Below, piece after piece: positions 52,455 through 64,000 of a stretch of DNA of 64,000 bases; the first letter of the stretch is position 1; each line of letters begins with the position of its first letter. The notes under the pieces are model-generated. The model had not been told where the DNA came from. It was given only the letters and a program-made list of their open reading frames with translations, and searched no databases. Source of the DNA: Octopus sinensis (Eukaryota); contig NC_042997.1 of assembly GCF_006345805.1 (NCBI RefSeq), positions 57,598,001 to 57,662,000 on the forward strand, written 5' to 3'. The translations under genes were made by a program, and so were the position numbers.

Positions 52455-53675
52455 TAACACACACACATTAATACACATACATAGACACACACACACACAC
52501 ATGTATGTATGGATGTATATATGTACATCTGTCCACTTCTTGCAATATTTTTATCCTTCACTTCCTACACACACCACCTTATTAGCTTACAATTTCTTTC
52601 TGTCAACATTGACAACAGAAGTACGCTCGCCAATTAATACTACCAAAATTTAACGACAGAAAGTAAATAAAAACCAATTTACCTTTTTGTATTGTTATGG
52701 CAATTCGACCGTCGGTAGTTGTGTGTGTGTTTTTGCAAATGTGTTCGAATGAGAAGTGAGTTGTTGTTTTGGCGCCTTTTTTACTAATAACAAACACACT
52801 CGTGTGTGTGTGTTTGAGTGTTTGTATGTAGTTGCTTGAAACGTTTGTGTTTGTCACTGTCATATATGTATGTGTATGCATGTGTGTGAGGAATGGCAAA
52901 CCAGATAGATAGCACGTGAAGTTCTTTTGAAGTTCGCGCTCCGCTTGTGTGTGTGTGTGTGTGTGTGTGTGCTTTAGGTACACAGCACAACATTACTCTC
53001 TCCGTCTCTTTACACACACTAACAAAAGCACTTCACTTACACACCACACTTTCTGTATCGCACACCCCATCAAACACACACACACACTCACGCACGCACA
53101 CATGTACATCAATGCTTTTGGAGTGAAATGTTAAAATATTGAGTTTTCTCGAATTTTGTCCTAATTGGGGGTGAAATTGAAAGAAATTTTGTATGGCATG
53201 ACCGAATGGAAGTACTTGTAAAAATCATAGGTAAACTGTAATTGAAGAAATTGTGTGAGGAGTAAATCGTTATGTATTTATTTGTTTCTGTTTGCTGTTT
53301 TTTTTTTTTTTGAGTAGTGGTTTAAGGTACACTTCTCTCGTTTTATAGAAATACTTTCACTTTAATCGTTGCACACTTGCAAAGAGAAAGGAGAAATTAG
53401 GGTGATAGCGTGAGTGAAGCAGATCGCTCCGTTTTTTTGTGTGTGCGTGTGCGTGTGTGGTAGCCCACACTAAGAAAAGCACTTCACTTACACACCACAA
53501 TGTGAGTTTTCTCTAAATTTTGCTTAATTGGGGTTGAAATTTTAAAAACAGGACCTGGCACGACCCGATGCATTCTACTCTTAAAAATGCTAGGTAAATT
53601 GTAATTGAAGAAATCCTATATTGTAGATTTCTATAAGAGACAAAGGGAGGCAGATAAAATCTGCCTTTTATAATA
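52455..53675 (-). mobile_element. Probable 5' extension of the Helitron (compound element) with internal duplications
   Basis: CpG-rich block contiguous with the Helitron. Duplicated segments at ~53027/53478 and ~53160/53525. Terminal hairpin GGCAGAT-AAA-ATCTGCC near 53649-53665. Confidence 0.55.
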
Positions 53676-54771
53676 AGCTTGAGCATTGTGGGAGAATAAA
53701 TACATGACATTAATTTATACTTTTCAAGAACATTAGTGACTAAAAACAACTAATTTGGATTTAGCACAAAGATAAAGTTGTAGAGTAGGAAGTATAATTT
53801 TTTTTTTTTTAATTCAGTATATTACTGACACTTATATTATTCTAAGAGATGTAAGGTAAAACTGACAAAAAAATATTTAATCAAATCATTACTATCTACT
53901 TATTCTGCATATACTATTCTAAATCATATAGCTCTTTCTTCTTCAGCAGCAGCACCACCACTGCCACCATTATTTAATGTCTGTTTTCCATGGATTTCTA
54001 TGTACAAATTTTTAAAGCGATTTCTTATGCAAGAATATGTATATATATATATAAGATAAATTATGTAAGAATTTATATAATGTATAAATTCTTATATAAA
54101 CAGAAGATAATGGGAAGATATAACATTTAATATTTTTTTCAAAGGTTAGCGACCTAAAGAAACTGAAGCTGTTTGAACTAAGCAGGCTTGAACAGTAGGT
54201 TGCAAACAGTAGGTTTGCTGAGAACTTACTACTGAAGCACCTGCTACTCTCTAAATCATAATGATGAAAATTTACTATAAAAATAAACATTTGTTTATTG
54301 TTATAAGACACAGGCTGTATAAATGAGATACATTGTCTTATCTAATGAAGAAAATTGTTTTTTTCTTTTTATTTTATTTTTATTTCATTGATCTTGAACT
54401 CTTGAGAAAATTTTGAGCTTTAATCTTTACAACATAAGAAAGATAAATAGAATATTTAAGGAGCTGCTTTTTTGAGAATAAAACAATTTAATATCAAATA
54501 TCTACAGAGCACATTATTGTTTTTTAATATTTTTCTATTATTATGTCTATTTGTGCAACAATGTTGACAGTTTCAAAACTAAAAAGATTTATTATTTAGA
54601 TTTGTTGATCGAAAGAGGAAGAGCTATGCATGTAACCTCCAAATCCCTTCTGGAATGAAAAGGTATAAAGACAAAGGCTTATTGTTAACTCTAGACTCTA
54701 GATTAGCCTTGATTTATGAGCAAGAGTGTTCCTCTCATGAATATCCCATATTTTTTTCAAACTGGCATGCA

Positions 54772-55325
54772 CAGGTATGGCTGTGTGGTAAGAAGCTTGC
54801 TTCCCAACTACATGGTTCTGGGCTCAGTCCCACTGCATGGCACCTTGAGCAAATCTCTTCTACTACAGCCTCAGCCTGACCAAACAAACTCAAAGAAGCC
54901 CATTGTGGCCATTTCATCATGTTGAATAGTTTAATCTCTACACATTTTACTCTCTCAAAATTTTTCTATTAATCTTCTCTGTCAAAAAGCATAGGCTCAC
55001 AATGTCAAAGACTTTTCCATTCTTCCCAAGCATTAAATGAATACACCTACTTGTTGTTTCTACACCTGTCTTAATCTTTTGTTTTCTGTGAATTTGAACT
55101 ATATGTGTGTGTGTATGTCTTTGTTCTGTGTTTGTCCCCTCATCACTGCTTCACAACCAGTTTTGGTGTGTTTACATCCCCGTAACTTAGCGGTTTGGCA
55201 AAAAAGGCCAATGGAATGAGTGCTAAGCTTAAAATATAAGTCCTGGAGTCGATTTGTTCAACTAAAATCCTTCAAGGTGGTGCTCCAGCATTGCCACAGT
55301 TAAATGACTGAAACAAAAGAATAAA
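54772..55325 (+). mobile_element. Family B SINE split by an intervening repeat at ~54900-55100
   Basis: Head TGGCTGTGTGGTAAGAAGCTTGCTTCCCAAC...GGCACCTTGAGCAA at 54778. The 3' half TGTTTACATCCCCGTAACTTAGCGG...TGACTGAAAC lies at 55105-55325. Confidence 0.65.
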
Positions 55326-56149
55326 CTCATCAGCTAAAAATGGTAATATACAAACAATAGAGACAATGTAAGTATCTGCCACTACTGCCTATATTTCCAG
55401 GGACAGTATATTTATATTTTCTCTCAGCTATTTCTTGGTCAGGTTAGCTAGCCAACCTGTTATCTTGTCACAGTTTCTATCTACCTAAATGTTTGAACCA
55501 AACCAGATCCCAAGCTACTTAACTGGTTTATCAATCCTGAGACTTACAAAGATGGCCAGTAAGAACAAAGCTGTACACAAGAAATGGGAAAATTGATTAC
55601 CTCAACCATTAGTATGTGTTTAATTATTGACCTCTAAAAAAGTAGACCCTGACAAGATTTGAACTCAAGATGTAAAAGAACATATTTAAATACCACAAGG
55701 CATTTTATCCTCTGTTCTATCAATACAGCTAGTTCAAAGGAAATCAAAAAATGATTATCATTATTAACCTAAAATATTTTATTAGCAAAAGCAATATCTG
55801 AAAAACCTCAAGTTTATGAGCTCATAGTTTTTAATTTCAATGAAATCCTCCTATTTTGCTAAATTGGGTCAGTAGCCGAGCTACAATTCCCAGACAGAAA
55901 GTCTTCATTTAAAATGCAAAACACCATTAGGTCATGCATAAACAGCACAATAACATATATCCACATGTAAATGTGAAGCATCATGTTTGTGTAAAGTACT
56001 ATGATCAATATTACATTAGAAATATAGACACAAAATAAACATTTCATCTGTCACAAAATCAACCAAAACAAAACGTCATTATAATATAGGGCAGAAAATA
56101 TATATAAACTAAGAAACTGACGATATAAACATTGAATACACACACATAT

Positions 56150-56207
56150 ATATGTATCACCTCTTAATAATATATAATATATATATATGTATCAACTCTT
56201 AATAATA

Positions 56208-56239
<32 letters not shown>

Positions 56240-56331
56240 GTATCAACTCTTAATAATATATATATATATATATATGTGTATCAACTCTTAATAATTATAT
56301 ATATATATATATGTATCAATCTTAATAATAT

Positions 56332-56368
<37 letters not shown>

Positions 56369-56376
56369 CAACTCTT

Positions 56377-56414
<38 letters not shown>

Positions 56415-56420
56415 ACTCTT

Positions 56421-56470
<50 letters not shown>

Positions 56471-56478
56471 ACTCTTAA

Positions 56479-56523
<45 letters not shown>

Positions 56524-56683
56524 ACTCTTAATAATATATTATATATATATATGTATCAACTCTTAATATATATATATTATATATATATATATGTATCAAT
56601 CTTAATAATATATATATAATATATATATATGTATCAACTCTAATAATAATATATATATATATATATATATAATATCAACTCTT

Positions 56684-56733
<50 letters not shown>

Positions 56734-56921
56734 CAACTCTTAATAATATATAATATATATATATATATATGTATCAACTCTTAATAATAATATATATATA
56801 TATATATGTATCAACTCTTAATTATTATATATATATATATATATATGTATCACTCTTAATAATATATATATATATATATATATATCTATATATATATATA
56901 TATATATATATGTATCAACTC

Positions 56922-56967
<46 letters not shown>

Positions 56968-56970
56968 ACT
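56150..56970. repeat. Minisatellite: GTATCAACTCTTAATAAT anchor plus variable (AT)n, about 20 units
   Basis: Visible directly in the sequence. Confidence 0.93.
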
Positions 56971-57718
56971 CAACTAATTTCACAGGTTTTTGGGAGTGTC
57001 TGCAAAGGTCATGGGTACTAAACACACATGAAAAATGTAGAAAAACTATCTATCTAAATAAAAACGACGATTTCTTTTACGTAGGTATAGGGAGTAAAAA
57101 GAAGTTGAAATTTTCAGTCGAAGAATAGAAACTTTTCGAAGGAAAGTAAAAAGTAATGAAACCAAACAACTTCAACAAATAAAGATGACAAGAATGTTTA
57201 TATAATCACAAGTGCCATAGATATTTTTTTTAAAGAACTGGAATATTCACGCCTACCCCACAAATACTTTAGTCACATGGCTAAATACTTAAATCACATG
57301 ATTGAAGTAAGGCTACTCCAACTGAGTCGAATTACATAACAATAACACTTAATATTTTTCTTGCGCCAACAAATGGATCTCTACTTGGTTGCTTGGCAAG
57401 CTTGAAATAGCAGACAAATCTTTCTATCAAAGTACCGTACATTCTACTGTCTTTAAAAATCTCATACTAGATAATATAGTTCTAGTTATACTAGAGTATG
57501 TTTGAAAAGGAAAGAAAGGAGATAGGAAGGTCATGGTAGGAACGTCTTTGATCACAGGTCTGTTACATCAGGGTTAACCTGTGCCTATGCAACAATAAAC
57601 ATATTTCTTTCTTTGGCACAAGGCCACAAGGCACGTTTGGTTGGGTAGATATCTTACTTAATCAAGACACAAAAGATAAAGGGAACTGTGGCAGGATTTC
57701 AACTCTGAAATCTAGTCA

Positions 57719-57754
<36 letters not shown>

Positions 57755-57929
57755 ACACACACACACACACACACGCGCGCGCGCGCACGCACACATTATC
57801 ACCACAACAATAATGAATTCTTATACATAGGCACTAGGCTGAGAATTTTTTTAGGGAGGTCTCTGGATTATATTGATTCCAGTACTTGACTAGTACTTTA
57901 TTTTCTTAACCTCGGAAGGATAATAAATA

Positions 57930-58612
57930 ATAATCCTTTCTACTATAGGCACAAGACCTGAAATTTGGGGGGGGAGGGATAGTCGATTACGGTGGAGATA
58001 AAGAATACGGCGAATACGTACACCACCCGTTTTCGGCATAACAAAAACCCTAACCCTAAATCGTAAACACCGGGTGTACATACTCTTTACTTCCGCTGTC
58101 GATTACATCAACCCCAGTACTCAACTGGTATTTATTTTATCGACCCTGAAAGGATGAAAGGCAGTGTTGACCTCGGCAGAATTTGAACTCAGAACGTAAC
58201 GGCAGACAAAATACCTATTTCTTTACTACCCACAGGGGGCTAAACACAGGGAGGGCAAACAAGGATAGACAAACGGATTAAGTCGATTATATCGACCCCA
58301 GTACGTAACTGGTACTTATTTAATCGACCCCGAAAGGATGAAAGGCAAAGTCGACCTCGGCGGAATTTGAACTCAGAACGTAACGGCAGACAAAATACAT
58401 ATTTCTTTACTAAACACAGAGAGGGCAAACAAGGACAGACAAACGGATTAAGTCGATTATATCGATCCTAGTACGTAACTGGTACTTATTTAATCGACCC
58501 CGAAAGGATGAAAGCAAAGTCGACCTTGGCGGAATTTGAACTCACAACGTAACGGCAGACGAAATACCGCAAAGCATTTCGCCCGGCGTGCTAACGATTC
58601 TGCCAGCTCGCC
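57930..58612 (-). mobile_element. Young family C (Nin/Deu-like) SINE cluster with three head-to-tail core units
   Basis: GTCGATTA..TCGACCCCAGTAC..CTGGTA..ATCGACCCCGAAAGGATGAAAGGCAAAGTCGACCTCGGCGGAATTTGAACTC repeated at ~58098, ~58282 and ~58452. Confidence 0.8.
57991..58097. mobile_element. 107-bp Mutator-like MITE with 9-bp TSD, inserted in a SINE
   Basis: GTCGATTAC duplicated at 57982-57990 and 58098-58106. Imperfect TIRs GGTGGAGATAAAGAATACG / CATACTCTTTACTTCCGCT. Internal CCCTAACCCTAA. Confidence 0.7.
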
Positions 58613-59892
58613 AGAGCCAGCAGTTTTGAGGGGAGATGGTTAGCCAGATCCCCAGTACTTGACTAATACTTTTATCGATCCCAGAGTGATGAAAGGCAAA
58701 CTTGATGTCGGCAGGGTCTGACTTCAGAATGTAAAGAGCCAGAACAAATATTGCAAAGCATTTTTTCCGATTCTGTAACGGAGCCGAAAGCCACACCTAG
58801 AAGAAAAAATAGGGGAAGGGCGTAGTTGACTTAATTGATCCCAGTACTTGACTAGTCCAATATTTCGTAGACTCCCTCTCTCATATCATGGGACGAAACA
58901 ATAACAACAATAATATTAATAATTTTTTATTAATCACCAATGGCTGACAAAAACATCACGGAAAAAAAAATAGAATGTACTAAAGAATGTGTGTGTGTGT
59001 GTGTGCACATGTGTATATATTTATGTGTGTGTGTGTGTGTGTGTGTGAGTGAGAGAGAGAGAAAAAAACACACACACACACACATACATACATACATAAA
59101 CACACACACACAAATAAAATTGAGGAAAGTAATAGTGGGAGTGAGGAAAGACCTCCTTCAGTGCAGTAAACAAATCTACTCAACTGACTGTCATGTGAAT
59201 AATTTTTTGTTGTTTTTTTCTCTTTACTCCTCTGGATCAAGGCTGAAGATAGTTTAAGCATATACGCATACACTATACATATACATTGTACACAAAACTA
59301 GAAGAGGACAGGAATGTCAAAAAAAAAAAAATGAAAATTTAATTACAGAATGCAATAATTATTAACTCGCCAACATTTCAGAAAATCTTCATTAGTTTAT
59401 AGCTCTCTCTCTCTCTCTAACCCAGCTCATTTTCTATACAAACGCATCTAAAACTAAGATACAACTCTCGCAACACATACACAATACAGTTGACCATCGT
59501 GTCATATTTTACACAACAGGTGTAAACATTAATGTAATACAAAGAACAACAATAATAATCATGTGAGACACACACACACACATACATGTAACAAAGTGGA
59601 TGTACCATATAAAAACCCATACTTGGAGGTTTGTCTAGTGGTACAGCAGAAGCTCATATGAAACTGTTGAAAATAGATGATAATAATAATAGATTTCTTC
59701 AGTTGGCACAAGACCAAAAATAAGTAGCAAAAATATTGTCACTTGCACCCAAAGCATGCTTGATACTTATTTTGTTAATTCTATAAAGAGATTTAGAGTG
59801 GAAACACAGAGGGACAAAATTAAATATCTAAAGATATTTAGTGTACCACATTACTATTGCTGCTATAAATAATTTCTGAGCCACAATGTCAA

Positions 59893-60355
59893 GAAAGAAA
59901 GTATATGTGATTGGGTAAAACTATATTATTAAAAAAGAGGGTAATTGTGACTTGGGAAAAGGATATTATTAAGTAAGAGGGTATATATCATTGGGCAAAA
60001 AGTATATTATTAAGAAAGAGGGTATATGTGATTGGGCAAAAGTAGGGTATATATGATTGGGCAAAAGTATATTATTAAGAAAGAGGATATATGTGATCAG
60101 GCAAAAGGATATTATTAAGAAAGAGGGTATATATGATTGGGCAAAAGTATATTATTAAGAAAGAGGATATATGTGATCAGACAAAAGGATATTATTAAGA
60201 AAGAGAGTATATGTGATTGGGCAAAAGTATAGTGTTAAGAAAGAGGGTATATGTGATTGGGCAAAAGTATATTATTAAGAAAGAGGATATGTGTGATCAG
60301 GGAAAAGGATATTATTAAGAAAGAGGGTATATATGATTGGACAAAAGTATATTAC
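59893..60355. repeat. 40-bp minisatellite, about 12 units, with two unit variants
   Basis: Unit AAAGAGGGTATATRTGATTGGGCAAAAGTATATTATTAAG is interspersed with the variant ...GGATATATGTGATCAGGCAAAAGGAT... Confidence 0.93.
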
Positions 60356-60956
60356 TAGTACTTATTTTACTGATTCACAAGGATATGAAGTCATAAATTT
60401 AAAAATTGTAAAGCATTTATGCTATAGTAAGTACAGTATAAAGCCAGAGAAGGACACGGTTAACCAAATTGGCTTCTACTAAATTATCATTATACTCTCT
60501 TGTTATTGACAAAGGGAATGAACAACAGAGTTAATCCTAGTGAGATTTGAACTCAGAATGCAAAAGGATATGAATAATTTGTTTTGTCCAATGCCCTAAC
60601 AATTCTACCGCCTACTTATCTCACAATATCATCATAATAATTATGTTTCTATATGTCTGAGATGACTGAGAATAGTCTGATGTACCTTTACAATTCAGGT
60701 TGTCAATAAAGCTAATCAGCTTTTAATGGATACAACTGTTTATGAATGAGCAAGCATGAAATATAGACATTTAATAGTTCATTCTATAAAGCTAACTTGT
60801 GAATAAAATAAATGGTTTAAAATGCTTCAACAATAAAAGAAAAGTCAGAGTTGAACCAGTATAACTAGAGCTGAATCAGTATAGCAACAGCATTTATATA
60901 AGTTCTTCGGGGTTATTGAGAGGGTAAAAGAATAGAAAAAAACCAAGAGAGCAAAA

Positions 60957-61613
60957 ATATTCTGAAATGCTACTCTTTTAGACTAACCTATTAGAATCAT
61001 ATGAAAAACAGAAAATATTGATTTCTTTCCTTAGTATAAGGCATAAGGGCCTCTTTTGTAATACTAATGTACACACACACAAACACAATTTGGAATTATT
61101 CAAATTTGCGAAAACCTTTCTACCCATACTAGTACGGAAAAAGGGAGAAGAGAAGTAGAAAAATATTTTTGCATAGCTTCAAGTATGCATAATGAAATGC
61201 ATGACAAAATAATTTGTATCCTTGCCAGGTATCTATTTTTTTTTTCTGTAAAGACTATAGGCTTTATATAGGCATTATAATTGGTACATATCCAATATAG
61301 GTTTTGTTAGAAAAAAAGTAAAAAAGAAACAACTATATGTAGACATGGAAACAACTTCAACAATGTCTGCAATTTCTCAAGAGGATGTTATCTATTAAAT
61401 ACCTGAACTTGTACCTATGTACAAGTTTTGGTAGATTCAGTTGTTTGACTAACAAAATTCCAATTTGAGAAATTAACGTGCAAGTGGTTGCATATTCCAC
61501 AGTAACAATAAGCTATGCAAAAGTATTTTCTTTGCTTCCCTTTTCCTTTTTCCAGGCCAGTAAGAATAGAAAGGTTTTCACAAATTTGAACAATTACAAA
61601 TTGTGTATATGTA

Positions 61614-61658
<45 letters not shown>

Positions 61659-61779
61659 ATTAGTGTTACAAAAGAGGCTTTTACTCCTTATACAAAGGAA
61701 AGTAATCAATATTTTCTGTTTTTCATATACTAATAGGATACTAATAAGTTACTCTAAAAGAAAAAGTATACCAGAATAT
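60957..61779. mobile_element. Foldback/MITE-like element with long diverged inverted arms (60957-61179 and 61510-61779)
   Basis: ATATGAAAAACAGAAAATATTGATT vs AATCAATATTTTCTGTTTTTCATAT, CCTCTTTTGTAA vs TTACAAAAGAGG, TTTTGCATAGCTT vs AAGCTATGCAAAA, and a (CA)n run mirrored by (TG)n. Confidence 0.8.
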
Positions 61780-64000
61780 AAGTACCTTTAATGCATTTCT
61801 CAGGGCATGATACAATGTGAAAAGGTTGGACCTTTGAATTTCATGTACAGGCCAGAGGGAGGGAGGAATTGACCCATGAAAGGAAAAGTTGACCTCTGTG
61901 GGATTTGAACTCAGAGCACAGAGACTGAGGAAAATACTGCATGGTGTTCTATCCAGCACTCTTACAACTCTACTAATTTGCTATCTTACAAGTTCTAAGT
62001 TGCTTTATGATTGTGCTATTTCATATTTTTCTTTTACCAAGTTATCTAATGAAGTTAGTCAACATTTCCAATGAGAACCTATACAATAAAACAGGCCTAG
62101 AACTAACAAGAAAGCCTCTTTATTGTCACTCAAGGAAAGATATATATGGATAATGCATTCCATGACACACTGTGCTCGAAGAAATATATGGGATGGTCAT
62201 AGCTGATTTGGGGTTAAACACCAGCAGCAGCAGCAAGATGCCTCAGGAGCATCTCTGGAAAGTAAGATGTATATAAGATGTCTGAGATGTGCAGTCAAGA
62301 TTACACAGGAAAGAATTAGATCTGGAAAGTAATAGAGAAATTAACCGAAGACCATGTAGTATCATGCCATGACAGAAGAGCCATTGCATGGGAGAGGGGA
62401 GTAGGTGAAGAAAGATGATTTCAGCCTTATGCTTCACTAAGAATGAAATTATCTAAGGGAAATGCTAAACTAAAGGATGGACAAATAAGAAAAAAAGGAC
62501 TTCAATAGCAATAACAAGATTGTTGTTAATGGTTAACTTCAGTACACTGAATAAGGATCTGATTCAAATGTATAAGTTATCAAGTATGTGAGGGGTCCTT
62601 TGATCAAGTGATTGGCTTTCTTCTAAGTGCAGTTTAGAATACTAGAGATCAAAGATGAAATAACATCCAAGATTTGCAAACAATATTTTATTGAAGAACA
62701 TACTTAGGCACTCTTAAGTGCTAAGAACAATTCAAAAAGTTATTTTACTCACAAGATATCTAGAAATGTGGCAAATGACATGAGGGTAAGCTGTTGAAAT
62801 ACTGGACTAGACAGTCATGAGATCAGGCTTAAGTTGCCATAGACTCCTGAATAAGGTTCATAACACTGCTTCAGCTTGCCTAACTGAAAAGAAAAGAGAC
62901 CTACCCCCCATTTCTACTTCATAGTTGAGAGAACAATTGGAAAGGTATTCAACTGCAAAAATAATTGTTCTATGTAAGCATGTAAAGATGGCTATAAAAT
63001 TTCTATTAGATGACACATACAGCCAAATTTTGTCGCACAGTGGTAAAATTGGTTGAATTAACCATAATATACAGACCTTGGAGGAAGGAAAGCAGAGTCA
63101 AATTCTATGTGATATGAACTCAGAACAAATTAGATACAATAATGCATTGAGTCTCATAGTGTAAGCCAGATCCACTGCTGCCTAAGGCTAGACTATCTTT
63201 GTGAATAGATATAAATGCTTTTCAAGTAAACAGAACCATATACTTTTGAAGAAATATTTGGTTGCTCAAAATCAACTTCTTAGCCTTACCAATAAAACAT
63301 GGTGGGAAGTATAGTAAAACAGTGGAGAATGATGATCTAACTCAATTTCTCAGTAAGCTAGTAGTAGTGTTTATAACATAAGCCCTACAGTAAAACAAAG
63401 ACCAAGATTGCAATAGGATATAAGTGAAGTTTATATCATTTTTTAACATCTATTTTCCATGTTGGAATTAGCTGGACATGACTACAGTATGGCAAATCAC
63501 TCATTTCAATTCCTGCATCATCTCATCATGTGACCCAGCAACATGAGATCTGACACTGCACTGCTATTCCTTTCCTTGTCTTCCTCTACTGCAGACACTT
63601 TTTGATATTAGTGTACAAGTTAATGAGGAAGCCTCTATATATCACTTGACATCCTAAAAATAGCAACCAAATTTTCCTCAAATCACTGTCATTAAAAAAG
63701 AAGCAGCAAGGCCACATAAGACAATATGGTCTTCAAATATATACCAAATGATCATAGATGGAACGCTTTTGATCAATCAGGACAAATCTCACGCACAGCA
63801 ACAATAACAACAATTGTTAGTACTACTCTTTTCCTCTAGCAATCATTGTCCATTCACATCTCTTGCTCAAGTCAGCACAGTCAAGTATCCTTCATATAAT
63901 AGCTGATGCTTTTATTGCTCAGATGCATTCTCAGCTCACTTATGCACTGGCTTTTGTGCAAGTTAATGTCATATCCAATGGTTTATATTGCACTCATTTC

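Noticed and set aside
54130-54250. Locally GC-richer open stretch, possible exon
   Set aside because: Weak acceptor, no clear donor, and no similarity to the RH1 domain in any frame.
56150-56970. Repeat-spacer pattern resembling CRISPR
   Set aside because: Spacers are only (AT)n, there are no cas genes, and the context is eukaryotic.

Overview
AT-rich, CpG-depleted, microsatellite-rich eukaryotic DNA. The repeat families look cephalopod (Octopus-like); this is inferred from repeat recognition, not from a search. The window appears to lie within very long introns of one minus-strand gene. A clear 160-nt coding exon at 31179-31338 resembles the ELELxEDxW coiled-coil exon of RILP-like (RILPL1) proteins, and a frame-compatible 36-nt candidate microexon lies at 2128-2163. 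The rest is mainly transposon material: two TSD-bounded 5'-truncated RTE LINEs, an L1/Tx1 endonuclease relic, a near full-length decayed hAT, a TSD-bounded deleted Charlie/Buster hAT, a complete decayed mariner plus a second mariner fragment, piggyBac-like and Mutator-like MITEs, a compound Helitron and three SINE families. The main observations are a CpG-decayed minimal type-I hammerhead ribozyme inside a Penelope/retrozyme-like 358-bp unit, a second hammerhead-like family with a variant core, candidate cryptic exons upstream of the RILPL exon, and three long intronic inverted repeats. No prokaryotic genes, CRISPR arrays or rRNA are present, and almost all ORFs in the supplied track are spurious. 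I found no clearly new biological system. The best leads are the ribozyme-like motifs and the splicing candidates.
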